62,837 bases of DNA from Hyphomicrobiales bacterium. Lineage in GTDB: Bacteria > Pseudomonadota > Alphaproteobacteria > Rhizobiales > Beijerinckiaceae. Position numbers and translations under genes: made by a program. The notes under the pieces are model-generated. The model saw nothing but the letters and a program-made list of their open reading frames with translations. It had not been told where the DNA came from and made no database searches. The first letter of the stretch is position 1; every line of letters begins with the position of its first letter. Of the stretch, positions 55,387 to 62,837 are shown piece by piece. The stretch lies in contig JANXTB010000111.1 in the NCBI GenBank assembly GCA_025356415.1, forward strand, positions 1-62,837. Reading direction: 5' to 3'.

Positions 55387-56232
55387 ATGAAGCAATGCTT
55401 CACTTTGATCAGCGACGCCTATTTCAGCTTCATCGACGACGATGGCTGGGCGGTAGCAAGCCATATCGCGCTGACGACTCTCATGTCGATGTTCCCGTTT
55501 CTGATTTTTGTGACGGCGTTGGCGGGTTTCCTCGGATCCAAGGATCTTGCGGACATGGCGGCCTCGATTCTGCTCCAGACATGGCCCGAGGAGGTGGCGG
55601 GGCCGATCGCCCGCGAGATTCACAGCGTCCTGACGCAAAGCCGCAGCGGCTTGATCACGTTTGGCGCTGTGCTCGCCCTGTATTTCGCGTCGAGCGGCGT
55701 CGAGGCGATTCGAACAGGATTGAATCGGGCATATGCGGTGCGTGACAAGCGCGCGTGGTGGGTGCTGCGGATGGAAGCCGTGGGCTTCGTGCTCCTGGGC
55801 GCGTTGGCGCTCCTGACGCTGGCTTTTCTGGTCGTGCTTGGGCCCTTCATCTGGTCCGGGCTGGAGGATCATTTGCCGGGGCTGGAGCCGCTCGCCCGCG
55901 TGGTGATGATCGGACGCTATGTCGTCACCGTCATGGTGCTCAGTCTCGTTCTCATCGTCGCGCATAAATGGCTGCCAGCCGAAAAACATTCTCTCAGGCA
56001 GGTCATGCCCGGAATTGTTCTGACGGTGGTGCTGTCGCTGATTTTCGCTATCGGATTCGCGGCATATCTCGCGCAATTCGCCCGCAATTACGTGACGACC
56101 TACGCGGGCATTGCGTCGGTCATGATCGCGCTCGTCTTTCTTTATTCGCTCGCCTCCATTTTCGTATTCGGAGGCGAGCTCAATGCGGCGATCTGTCGTG
56201 CGCAGAAACGCGAAGGCGCCTTACGCTTTTGA
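55387..56232 (+). CDS. YihY/BrkB-family membrane protein
   Basis: DDG..A..IA...L...FPFLI, LNRAY, Y.TTYAG, GGELN. Confidence 0.9.
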   Translation: MKQCFTLISDAYFSFIDDDGWAVASHIALTTLMSMFPFLIFVTALAGFLGSKDLADMAASILLQTWPEEVAGPIAREIHSVLTQSRSGLITFGAVLALYFASSGVEAIRTGLNRAYAVRDKRAWWVLRMEAVGFVLLGALALLTLAFLVVLGPFIWSGLEDHLPGLEPLARVVMIGRYVVTVMVLSLVLIVAHKWLPAEKHSLRQVMPGIVLTVVLSLIFAIGFAAYLAQFARNYVTTYAGIASVMIALVFLYSLASIFVFGGELNAAICRAQKREGALRF

Positions 56233-57513
56233 CTGGGACGCCTCGATGACGTCATCGAGCGTCTTCAATCCGGCGCGCGGGGCGTTCACAAGCACCGCCA
56301 TGTTTCCCGGCGAATGCTGGTTCTTCCACATCTTTGTATGCGCGACGGGAATCTTCTCCCAGGGGAAGATCTCGCCGATGCACGGGTCGATGCGGCGATC
56401 GATCACGAACTGGTTTGCAGCCGCCGCCTGCTTGAGATGCGCGAAATGCGAGCCCTGAATGCGTTTCTGGCGCATCCAGACGAATCGCGCATCGAAGGTC
56501 AGGTTGAACCCGGACGTGCCTGCGCAAAACACCACCATGCCGCCGCGTTTCACGACGAAGCACGACGTCGGAAATGTTTGCTCTCCCGGATGTTCGAAAA
56601 CGATATCCACGTCCTTGCGGCCGGTGATGTTCCAGATCGCTTTGCCGAACTTTCGCGCCTCCGCCATGTAGGCTGAATATTCTGGCGAATTCACTTTCGG
56701 CAATTGTCCCCAGCAGTTGAAGTCCTTGCGGTTGATGACCCCGCGCGCGCCAAGCGACATGACGTAATCACGCTTGGTCTCGTCGGAAATCACCCCGATG
56801 GCGTTGGCGCCGGCGGCTGCACAGAGCTGCACGCCGAACACGCCAAGTCCGCCCGAGGCGCCCCACACCAGCACATTGTCGCCGGGCTTCAGGCGATGCG
56901 GCTCGTGGCCGAACAGCATGCGATAGGCGGTCGCCAATGTGAGCGTGTAGGAGGCGCTTTCCTCCCAGCTCAGATGCTTTGGCCGCGGCATCAACTGGCG
57001 GTCTTGCACGCGGCAGAATTGCGCGAAAGAGCCGTCCGGCGTCTCATAACCCCAGATGCGCTGGGTGGATGAGAACATCGGGTCGCCGCCGTTGCACTCC
57101 TCGTCGTCGCCATCGTCCTGATTGCAATGGACGACGACCTCGTCGCCGACTTTCCAGCGGCGCACCTTGGAGCCGATCGCCCAGACGATGCCGGCCGCGT
57201 CGGATCCGGCGATGTGATAGGGCTGGCCATGACCGTCGAGCGGTGAGATCGGCTCGCCGAGAGCGGCCCAGACGCCATTGTAGTTGACGCCCGCCGCCAT
57301 CACGAGCACGAGCACGTCATGGCTGTCGAGCTCCCAGGTGGGAACGACTTCGAGCTTCATCGAATCTTCGGGCGGCCCATGCCGATCCTTGCGGATCGTC
57401 CATGCATGCATGCGGGCCGGCACGTGGCCGAGCGGCGGAATCTCGCCAATGTCATAAAGGTCCTTCAAAGGACCAGGACCGGCTAACGCCGGGCTGTTCG
57501 CATCATCCGCCAC
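56221..57513 (-). CDS. ccr: Crotonyl-CoA carboxylase/reductase
   Basis: KDLYDIGEIPPLG, MAAGVNYNG.W, HIAGSD, IWGYETPDGSFAQ, QKRIQGSH. GTG start at 57513 after GGAGGAG. Confidence 0.95.
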   Translation of the reverse strand: MADDANSPALAGPGPLKDLYDIGEIPPLGHVPARMHAWTIRKDRHGPPEDSMKLEVVPTWELDSHDVLVLVMAAGVNYNGVWAALGEPISPLDGHGQPYHIAGSDAAGIVWAIGSKVRRWKVGDEVVVHCNQDDGDDEECNGGDPMFSSTQRIWGYETPDGSFAQFCRVQDRQLMPRPKHLSWEESASYTLTLATAYRMLFGHEPHRLKPGDNVLVWGASGGLGVFGVQLCAAAGANAIGVISDETKRDYVMSLGARGVINRKDFNCWGQLPKVNSPEYSAYMAEARKFGKAIWNITGRKDVDIVFEHPGEQTFPTSCFVVKRGGMVVFCAGTSGFNLTFDARFVWMRQKRIQGSHFAHLKQAAAANQFVIDRRIDPCIGEIFPWEKIPVAHTKMWKNQHSPGNMAVLVNAPRAGLKTLDDVIEASQSKA

Positions 57514-57553
57514 CAGCCATCTCCTCCCGAACAAGCGAGGCATGTTAGCGCGG

Positions 57554-57570
57554 ATGTTGCGCCGCACCAT
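57554..57570. promoter_or_regulatory. PhaR/AniA-type operator upstream of ccr
   Basis: ATGTTGC-GCC-GCACCAT imperfect inverted repeat. Confidence 0.6.
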
Positions 57571-57650
57571 ACTACTAACGTCAATTTTTTTACGGTCGCC
57601 CCCAGCCCGCCCCACTAAGGGATAAGGTGCCGTTGTCACGCTTCTGAGCT

Positions 57651-57669
57651 TATGCTGCTATGCAGCATA
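57651..57669. promoter_or_regulatory. PhaR/AniA-type operator upstream of ecm
   Basis: Perfect inverted repeat TATGCTGC-TAT-GCAGCATA. Confidence 0.68.
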
Positions 57670-57708
57670 CTGTCCCCAAGTTCTGGCCGATGTAAGAGGC
57701 GCGTGTTC

Positions 57709-59682
57709 ATGAGCTCCGGAAGCCAAAAGCCCGATCGTCCGTGGATTTTCAGGACCTACGCCGGCCATTCCACGGCGGCTGATTCCAACAAGCTTTATCG
57801 CGGTAATCTGGCCAAGGGCCAGACAGGCCTCTCGGTCGCCTTCGATCTGCCGACGCAGACCGGTTATGATTCCGATCATCCGCTGGCGCGGGGCGAAGTC
57901 GGGAAGGTCGGCGTTCCGATCTCGCATCTCGGCGACATGCGAACCCTGTTCGCCGATATCCCGATCGCCGACATGAACACGTCGATGACGATCAACGCCA
58001 CGGCGCCATGGTTGATGGCGCTCTATATCGCGGCAGCCGATGAACAGGGCGCGCCGCGCGAGGCGCTTCAGGGCACGACGCAAAACGACATCATCAAGGA
58101 ATATCTGTCGCGCGGCACTTACGTGTTCCCGCCTGCGCCCTCAATGCGCCTGACGCGCGATCTCATCCTGTTCACCACGCGCCATGTTCCCAAGTGGAAC
58201 CCCATGAACGTCTGCTCGTATCATTTGCAGGAAGCAGGCGCGACGCCGGTGCAGGAATTGAGCTATGCGCTCGCGACCGCGATCGCGGTGCTCGATAGCG
58301 TCATGGCTTCGAAAGATTTCGATCCCGCCAGTCTTGGCGAAGTGGTCGGGCGCATGTCGTTCTTCGTGAACGCCGGCATGCGCTTCGTGACCGAGCTCTG
58401 CAAGATGCGGGCTTTCACGGAACTCTGGGATGAGATCACGCGCGATCGTTATGGCATCGAGGAAGAGAAGTACCGGCGCTTCCGCTATGGCGTGCAGGTG
58501 AATTCGCTCGGGCTCACCGAGCCGCAGCCTGAAAACAATGTCTATCGCATCCTGATTGAAATGCTGGCCGTCGTGCTGTCGAAGAATGCGCGTGCGCGCG
58601 CGGTGCAATTGCCGGCGTGGAATGAAGCGCTCGGCCTGCCGCGGCCTTTCGACCAGCAATGGTCACTGCGCATTCAGCAGATCATGGCCTATGAAACGGA
58701 CCTTCTTGAATACGGCGATCTTTTCGACGGCAGCCATGAGGTGACGCGCAAGGTCGAGGATCTCAAGGCCGAGGCGCGTGCGGAACTGACGGAAATCGAA
58801 AAGCTCGGCGGCGCCATTGCGGCCGTTGAAAGCGGTTACCTGAAGGCTCGCCTCGTCGAATCGAACACTCGTCGTCTCGAAGCCATCGAACGCGGTGATC
58901 AGATTGTTGTTGGCGTGAACCGTTTTCTCCAAAGCGAGCCGTCGCCGCTGACGACCGGCGACAGTGCGATCATGGTTGTGCCCGATCATGTCGAAGCTGA
59001 GCAGATTGCTCGGCTGAACGCATGGCGCGAGTCGCGTGACGCCAAGGCTGTCGAGGCCGCGCTGGCCGATCTTCGTTCGGCCGCAGCGGAAGGACGGAAC
59101 ATCATGGAGCCGTCGATCGCGGCTGCCAAAGCCGGCGTCACGACGGGCGAATGGGGCGCGTTGCTGCGCGAAGCGTTTGGCGAATTCCGCGCCCCCACCG
59201 GTGTGGGGACGACGGCGCGGCAAGTCGGCGGCGAGCTCGACGAGGTGCGCGCCGAGGTGGAGCGCGTGTCGCAAAAGCTCGGTCGCCGCCTGAAATTCCT
59301 GGTTGGCAAGCCGGGCCTAGACGGTCACTCAAACGGCGCCGAACAGATCGCCGTCCGCGCGCGCGATGCGGGCATGGACGTTGTCTACGAGGGCATACGC
59401 CTCACGCCTACCGAGATCGTGGCCGCGGCGCGGAGCGGCGACGTTCATTGCATTGGCCTTTCGATTCTCTCCGGGTCTCACATCCCGCTCGTGCGGGAAG
59501 TCGCCGCTCTGATGAAGGCGGAGGGGCTCGAAAAAATTCCGCTGGTGGTCGGGGGCATCATTCCGCCCGACGACGAAGCTCTGCTGCGCGGAGAGGGCAT
59601 AGCCGCAGTCTTTACGCCCAAGGATTACGAGCTCAACACCATCATGAGCGACCTTGTGCGGATCGTGGACGAGAGGACGTAA
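57709..59682 (+). CDS. ecm: Ethylmalonyl-CoA mutase (MeaA), B12-dependent
   Basis: PWIFRTYAGHS, QNDIIKEY, NVCSYH, RYGVQVNSLG and cobalamin motif GLDGHSNG; divergent from ccr. Confidence 0.94.
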   Translation: MSSGSQKPDRPWIFRTYAGHSTAADSNKLYRGNLAKGQTGLSVAFDLPTQTGYDSDHPLARGEVGKVGVPISHLGDMRTLFADIPIADMNTSMTINATAPWLMALYIAAADEQGAPREALQGTTQNDIIKEYLSRGTYVFPPAPSMRLTRDLILFTTRHVPKWNPMNVCSYHLQEAGATPVQELSYALATAIAVLDSVMASKDFDPASLGEVVGRMSFFVNAGMRFVTELCKMRAFTELWDEITRDRYGIEEEKYRRFRYGVQVNSLGLTEPQPENNVYRILIEMLAVVLSKNARARAVQLPAWNEALGLPRPFDQQWSLRIQQIMAYETDLLEYGDLFDGSHEVTRKVEDLKAEARAELTEIEKLGGAIAAVESGYLKARLVESNTRRLEAIERGDQIVVGVNRFLQSEPSPLTTGDSAIMVVPDHVEAEQIARLNAWRESRDAKAVEAALADLRSAAAEGRNIMEPSIAAAKAGVTTGEWGALLREAFGEFRAPTGVGTTARQVGGELDEVRAEVERVSQKLGRRLKFLVGKPGLDGHSNGAEQIAVRARDAGMDVVYEGIRLTPTEIVAAARSGDVHCIGLSILSGSHIPLVREVAALMKAEGLEKIPLVVGGIIPPDDEALLRGEGIAAVFTPKDYELNTIMSDLVRIVDERT

Positions 59683-59690
59683 TCACCAAC

Positions 59691-59718
59691 TTGCGCCCGC
59701 CCGCATGCGTGCCACAAT
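59691..59718 (+). promoter_or_regulatory. Possible sigma70-type promoter of the NHase-like operon
   Basis: TTGCGC-N16-CACAAT with an upstream TG (extended -10-like). Confidence 0.35.
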
Positions 59719-59743
59719 GCCGTCCTGACCTGGGGAGGACAGT

Positions 59744-60082
59744 ATGCGTGGACCACATGATGTCGGCGGGCTGCCGGATGGCCCGGTTTCGACAGAGCTG
59801 CACGATCTGAGTTTTTGGGAGAAGCAGATCGACGGCCTGCGCGCCGTCATCGGCGCCAAGGGCATCGTGACGACGCACGAAAACCGCCGCTATGTCGAAG
59901 GCCTTGGTGATGATGCCTATGAGACGCTGACTTATTACGAACGCTGGACCGCGGCGCTGGCGCGCCAGATGATCGAAAAGAACATTCTCACACAGGCCGA
60001 GATTGATGCGCGCGTGCGCGAGATCCGCGAACGCCTTGCCGCGAGCGGCGAGCTGGCGCCGGAGTTTGGAGCACAGTCATGA
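59744..60082 (+). CDS. Nitrile hydratase beta N-terminal-domain subunit (thiocyanate hydrolase beta-like)
   Basis: HDVGG, WE, ENRR..E, YYERW, IEK......EI. GGGGAGG RBS. Confidence 0.85.
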   Translation: MRGPHDVGGLPDGPVSTELHDLSFWEKQIDGLRAVIGAKGIVTTHENRRYVEGLGDDAYETLTYYERWTAALARQMIEKNILTQAEIDARVREIRERLAASGELAPEFGAQS

Positions 60083-60396
60083 GCGTGGCATCGGTCGTCA
60101 CGCGAAACGATCCGTGGACAATCGATCTTGCGCCGGGAGATCTGGTCCGCGTGCGCGACGATTATCCTCCGGGGCATATTCGGACGCCCGTCTATGTGCG
60201 CGGCAAAGTCGGTCGCGTGACGCGCTGTTTCGGTCCGTTCGGGAATCCCGAGCTTCTCGCCTATCGGCTGACAGGTCCGAAGGAGGAACTCTACGAAGTC
60301 CGCTTCCTGCAGCGTGATCTCTGGGACGATTACGCGGGTCCAGACAAGGACACCGTCGATCTCGATCTCTATCGTCACTGGCTCGAAAAAATCTGA
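60079..60396 (+). CDS. Nitrile hydratase beta C-terminal SH3-like subunit (thiocyanate hydrolase alpha-like)
   Basis: GD.VRV, GHIRTP.YVRGK.G, LYEVRF....LW, DLYRHWLE. ATGA overlap with the upstream gene and its own GGAG. Confidence 0.88.
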   Translation: MSVASVVTRNDPWTIDLAPGDLVRVRDDYPPGHIRTPVYVRGKVGRVTRCFGPFGNPELLAYRLTGPKEELYEVRFLQRDLWDDYAGPDKDTVDLDLYRHWLEKI

Positions 60397-60406
60397 AGGA
60401 ACAACC

Positions 60407-61072
60407 ATGCCGCACGATCACCACGATCACGATCACGATCACGAGCATGACCATGCTCACGAACATGCGCACGCTCCGCCGCAACCCGACGACAAGGTGC
60501 ATAGTTATTACCAGATGCTGGGCGTCGCGCTGAAGGAGCTGCTTGTCGAGAAGGGCGTCGTCACCGCCGACGAAGTCCGCGCGGCAATTGAGAAGCGAGA
60601 CCAGACCACGCCGGCGCATGGCGCGAAAGTTGTTGCAAAGAGCTGGGTCGATCCGCTGTTTCGCATCAAGCTTTTGATGAACGCCAATCAGGCCGTAGCC
60701 GAGCTCGGCTTCCCGATGACCACGACGCAGCTCGTCGCCGTCGAGAATGACGAAAGCGTCCACCACGTTGTCGTCTGCACCTTGTGCTCGTGCTATCCGC
60801 GCGAATTGCTGGGTCTTCCGCCGGCCTGGTACAAGAGTCGGGCTTACCGCGCGCGCATCGTGAGCGAGCCGCGCGCCGTGCTTGCCGAGTTCGGCACGCA
60901 TCTGCCCGACGACGTCGAGGTCCGCGTTCACGATTCGACTGCGGACATGCGCTATCTCGTCATCCCGCGCCAGCCCGCGGGCACCGAGGGAATGAGCGAG
61001 GTTGAATTGGCTGCGCTGATCACACGCGATTCCATGATCGGCGTGTCGGATGTGAGCGCGCCGGGCGCGTGA
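60407..61072 (+). CDS. Co-type nitrile hydratase alpha / thiocyanate hydrolase gamma-like catalytic subunit
   Basis: GA.VVA..W.DP, VVCTLCSCYP metal site, WYKS..YR.R.V.EPR, DSTAD.RY.V.P..P.GT, TRDSMIG. Confidence 0.92.
   Translation: MPHDHHDHDHDHEHDHAHEHAHAPPQPDDKVHSYYQMLGVALKELLVEKGVVTADEVRAAIEKRDQTTPAHGAKVVAKSWVDPLFRIKLLMNANQAVAELGFPMTTTQLVAVENDESVHHVVVCTLCSCYPRELLGLPPAWYKSRAYRARIVSEPRAVLAEFGTHLPDDVEVRVHDSTADMRYLVIPRQPAGTEGMSEVELAALITRDSMIGVSDVSAPGA
60413..60472 (+). repeat. His-rich hexamer repeat (CACGAT and variants)
   Basis: Encodes HDHHDHDHDHEHDHAHEHAH. Confidence 0.85.
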
Positions 61073-61077
61073 CAGAA

Positions 61078-61103
61078 AAAGGCGGGACGCGAGTCCCGCC
61101 TTT
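61078..61103. terminator. Bidirectional intrinsic terminator
   Basis: AAAGGCGGGAC-GCGA-GTCCCGCCTTT between the convergent NHase-like operon and clpB. Confidence 0.85.
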
Positions 61104-61127
61104 CAAGCATGGTTCTACGATCTTGGC

Positions 61128-62837
61128 TTAGTTCAACGATCCCTTGGGAAAGTTGACGACACGGCCCGCCACCGAGCGTCCCTGGTCGGGCCCGCCGGCC
61201 TCCACAATGTCGCCGTTGATCGACAGCCCTTCCTTGTTGGCGCTGACCGTCACGACATCGCCATCGCGCGTCGCCCCCGCAAGGATGCGTTCCGCCAGCG
61301 GATCCTGCACGGATTTCTGGATCACGCGTTTGAGCGGACGTGCGCCGTATGATGGGTCATAGCCCCGATCCGCCAGCCACTGCCGTCCTTTCGGGTCCAG
61401 ATCGATGGTGATCTTCCGATCCTCCAGGAGACGCGCAAGCCGCGCCATCTGGATGTCGACGATGGCGCCCATGTCCTCGCGGCGTAGCCGGTGGAACAGC
61501 ACGATCTCGTCGACGCGGTTGAGGAACTCGGGCCGGAAATGCCCGCGCACCACCGACATCACCTCATTGTAGACCACGAATGAATCCTCGTCCTCCTTCT
61601 GGTTGACGAGATATTCCGAGCCGAGGTTGGACGTCATGATGATGAGCACGTTCCGGAAGTCCACGGTGCGGCCCTGTCCGTCCGTCAGGCGGCCATCGTC
61701 GAGCACTTGCAGGAGGACGTTGAACACGTCCGGATGCGCCTTCTCGATTTCATCGAACAGAACAACCTGATACGGACGGCGGCGAACGGCTTCGGTCAGC
61801 GCGCCGCCTTCCTCATAGCCAACGTAGCCGGGAGGCGCGCCGATCAGACGCGAGACGGAATGCTTCTCCATGTATTCCGACATGTCGATGCGAACCATCG
61901 CGGTCTCGTCGTCGAACAGGAACGCGGCGAGCGCCTTCGTCAGTTCCGTCTTGCCGACGCCTGTCGGTCCGAGGAACATGAACGAGCCGATCGGCCGGTT
62001 GGGATCCTGCAGGCCTGCGCGCGCGCGCCGGACGGCGGTTGCGACAGCGTGCACGGCTTCGCGCTGGCCGACGACTCGTCTGGCGAGATTGTCTTCCATC
62101 GCAAGCAGTTTCTCACGCTCGCCTTCGAGCATCTTGTCGACTGGCACACCGGTCCAACGCGAGACGACCTGCGCAACGTCGTTGGGCGTCACCTCTTCAT
62201 CGACCAGCGCCGATCCAACCTTCTCTTCAGTCTCGACCAATTTCTTTTCAAGGTCGGGGATGACGCCATACGTCAGTTCGCCGGCGCGCTGGTACTCACC
62301 GCGGCGCTGCGCATTGGCGAGTTCGTTGCGTGCCGTCTCAAGTTGCTCTTTCAACTTCTGCGCTTCGCCAAGCTTATCCTTCTCGGCCTTCCAGCGTGCG
62401 GTCAGCGAAGCTGACTTCTCCTCGAGGTCGGCGAGTTCGCCCTCAAGCTTGCCGAGGCGTTCGCGCGACGCAGGGTCGGTTTCCTTGCGAAGAGCTTCCT
62501 GCTCGATCTTGAGCTGCATGATCCGCCGATCATACTCATCGAGTTCTTCCGGCTTCGAATCGACCTGCATGCGCAGGCGCGAAGACGCCTCGTCGATGAG
62601 ATCGATGGCTTTGTCCGGCAGAAACCGATCGGCAATGTAGCGGTTCGACAGGGTCGCCGCCGCCACGATGGCAGCATCGGTGATGCGCACGCCGTGATGG
62701 AGTTCGTATTTTTCCTTGAGGCCACGCAGGATCGAGATCGTGTCTTCGACCGAAGGTTCGTTGACGAACACAGGTTGAAAGCGCCGCGCCAGCGCCGCGT
62801 CCTTTTCAACGTGCTTGCGATATTCGTCGAGCGTGGT
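61128..62837 (-). CDS. clpB: Chaperone ClpB (5' truncated by window)
   Basis: [10 protein letters not shown], coiled-coil middle domain, [32 protein letters not shown]. Frame runs to the window edge. Confidence 0.97.
   Translation of the reverse strand, partial: TTLDEYRKHVEKDAALARRFQPVFVNEPSVEDTISILRGLKEKYELHHGVRITDAAIVAAATLSNRYIADRFLPDKAIDLIDEASSRLRMQVDSKPEELDEYDRRIMQLKIEQEALRKETDPASRERLGKLEGELADLEEKSASLTARWKAEKDKLGEAQKLKEQLETARNELANAQRRGEYQRAGELTYGVIPDLEKKLVETEEKVGSALVDEEVTPNDVAQVVSRWTGVPVDKMLEGEREKLLAMEDNLARRVVGQREAVHAVATAVRRARAGLQDPNRPIGSFMFLGPTGVGKTELTKALAAFLFDDETAMVRIDMSEYMEKHSVSRLIGAPPGYVGYEEGGALTEAVRRRPYQVVLFDEIEKAHPDVFNVLLQVLDDGRLTDGQGRTVDFRNVLIIMTSNLGSEYLVNQKEDEDSFVVYNEVMSVVRGHFRPEFLNRVDEIVLFHRLRREDMGAIVDIQMARLARLLEDRKITIDLDPKGRQWLADRGYDPSYGARPLKRVIQKSVQDPLAERILAGATRDGDVVTVSANKEGLSINGDIVEAGGPDQGRSVAGRVVNFPKGSLN

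Noticed and set aside
60060-60100. Split NHase beta as a frameshifted pseudogene
   Set aside because: The junction is a clean ATGA overlap with a GGAG RBS, and both halves keep their conserved motifs, which fits a genuine two-gene arrangement.
60407-61072. Nitrile-hydratase-leader (NHLP) RiPP precursor
   Set aside because: It retains the full CTLCSC metal site, has no Gly-Gly core peptide, and has no modifying enzymes nearby.

Overview
GC-rich alphaproteobacterial chromosome segment. Gene order suggests Hyphomicrobiales/Rhizobiales; this is an inference, not a tested assignment. The window spans the replication origin, and nearly all of it is intact core genome. In order: his operon tail plus coaA; adenosine kinase, HTH, Smr, mltA, tim44, fxsA, secB; dnaQ-coaE-maf-PPDK regulator | oriC | hemE-hemJ-rho-mnmE-mnmG-rsmG-parA-parB, with two perfect parS sites; holA-lptE-leuS; yggS; xth-lolA-ftsK; amtB-glnK; tesB, ubiH-family, cnoX; tRNA-Gly; ppa; metXW; chorismate mutase-hisC-tyrA; plsC-ydcF-ftsX-ftsE; hpt; tspO; a metB-family gene; ethylmalonyl-CoA pathway genes mcd, ccr and ecm; and the 3' part of clpB. 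No IS, integrase, prophage or CRISPR was seen. The standout is a compact three-gene cobalt nitrile-hydratase-superfamily operon at 59744-61072. It has a split beta subunit, thiocyanate-hydrolase-like gene order and pocket arginines, a His-rich tail, and no activator or amidase. Other notable signals: a perfect CtrA box inside oriC abutting a DnaA-like box, a tRNA-Gly(GCC) with an atypical A73 discriminator and a T-stem mismatch, three PhaR-type operators in front of the three ethylmalonyl-CoA genes, and a sigma54/NtrC-type promoter for glnK-amtB. Functional calls rest on motif recognition and synteny by eye; no searches were run.
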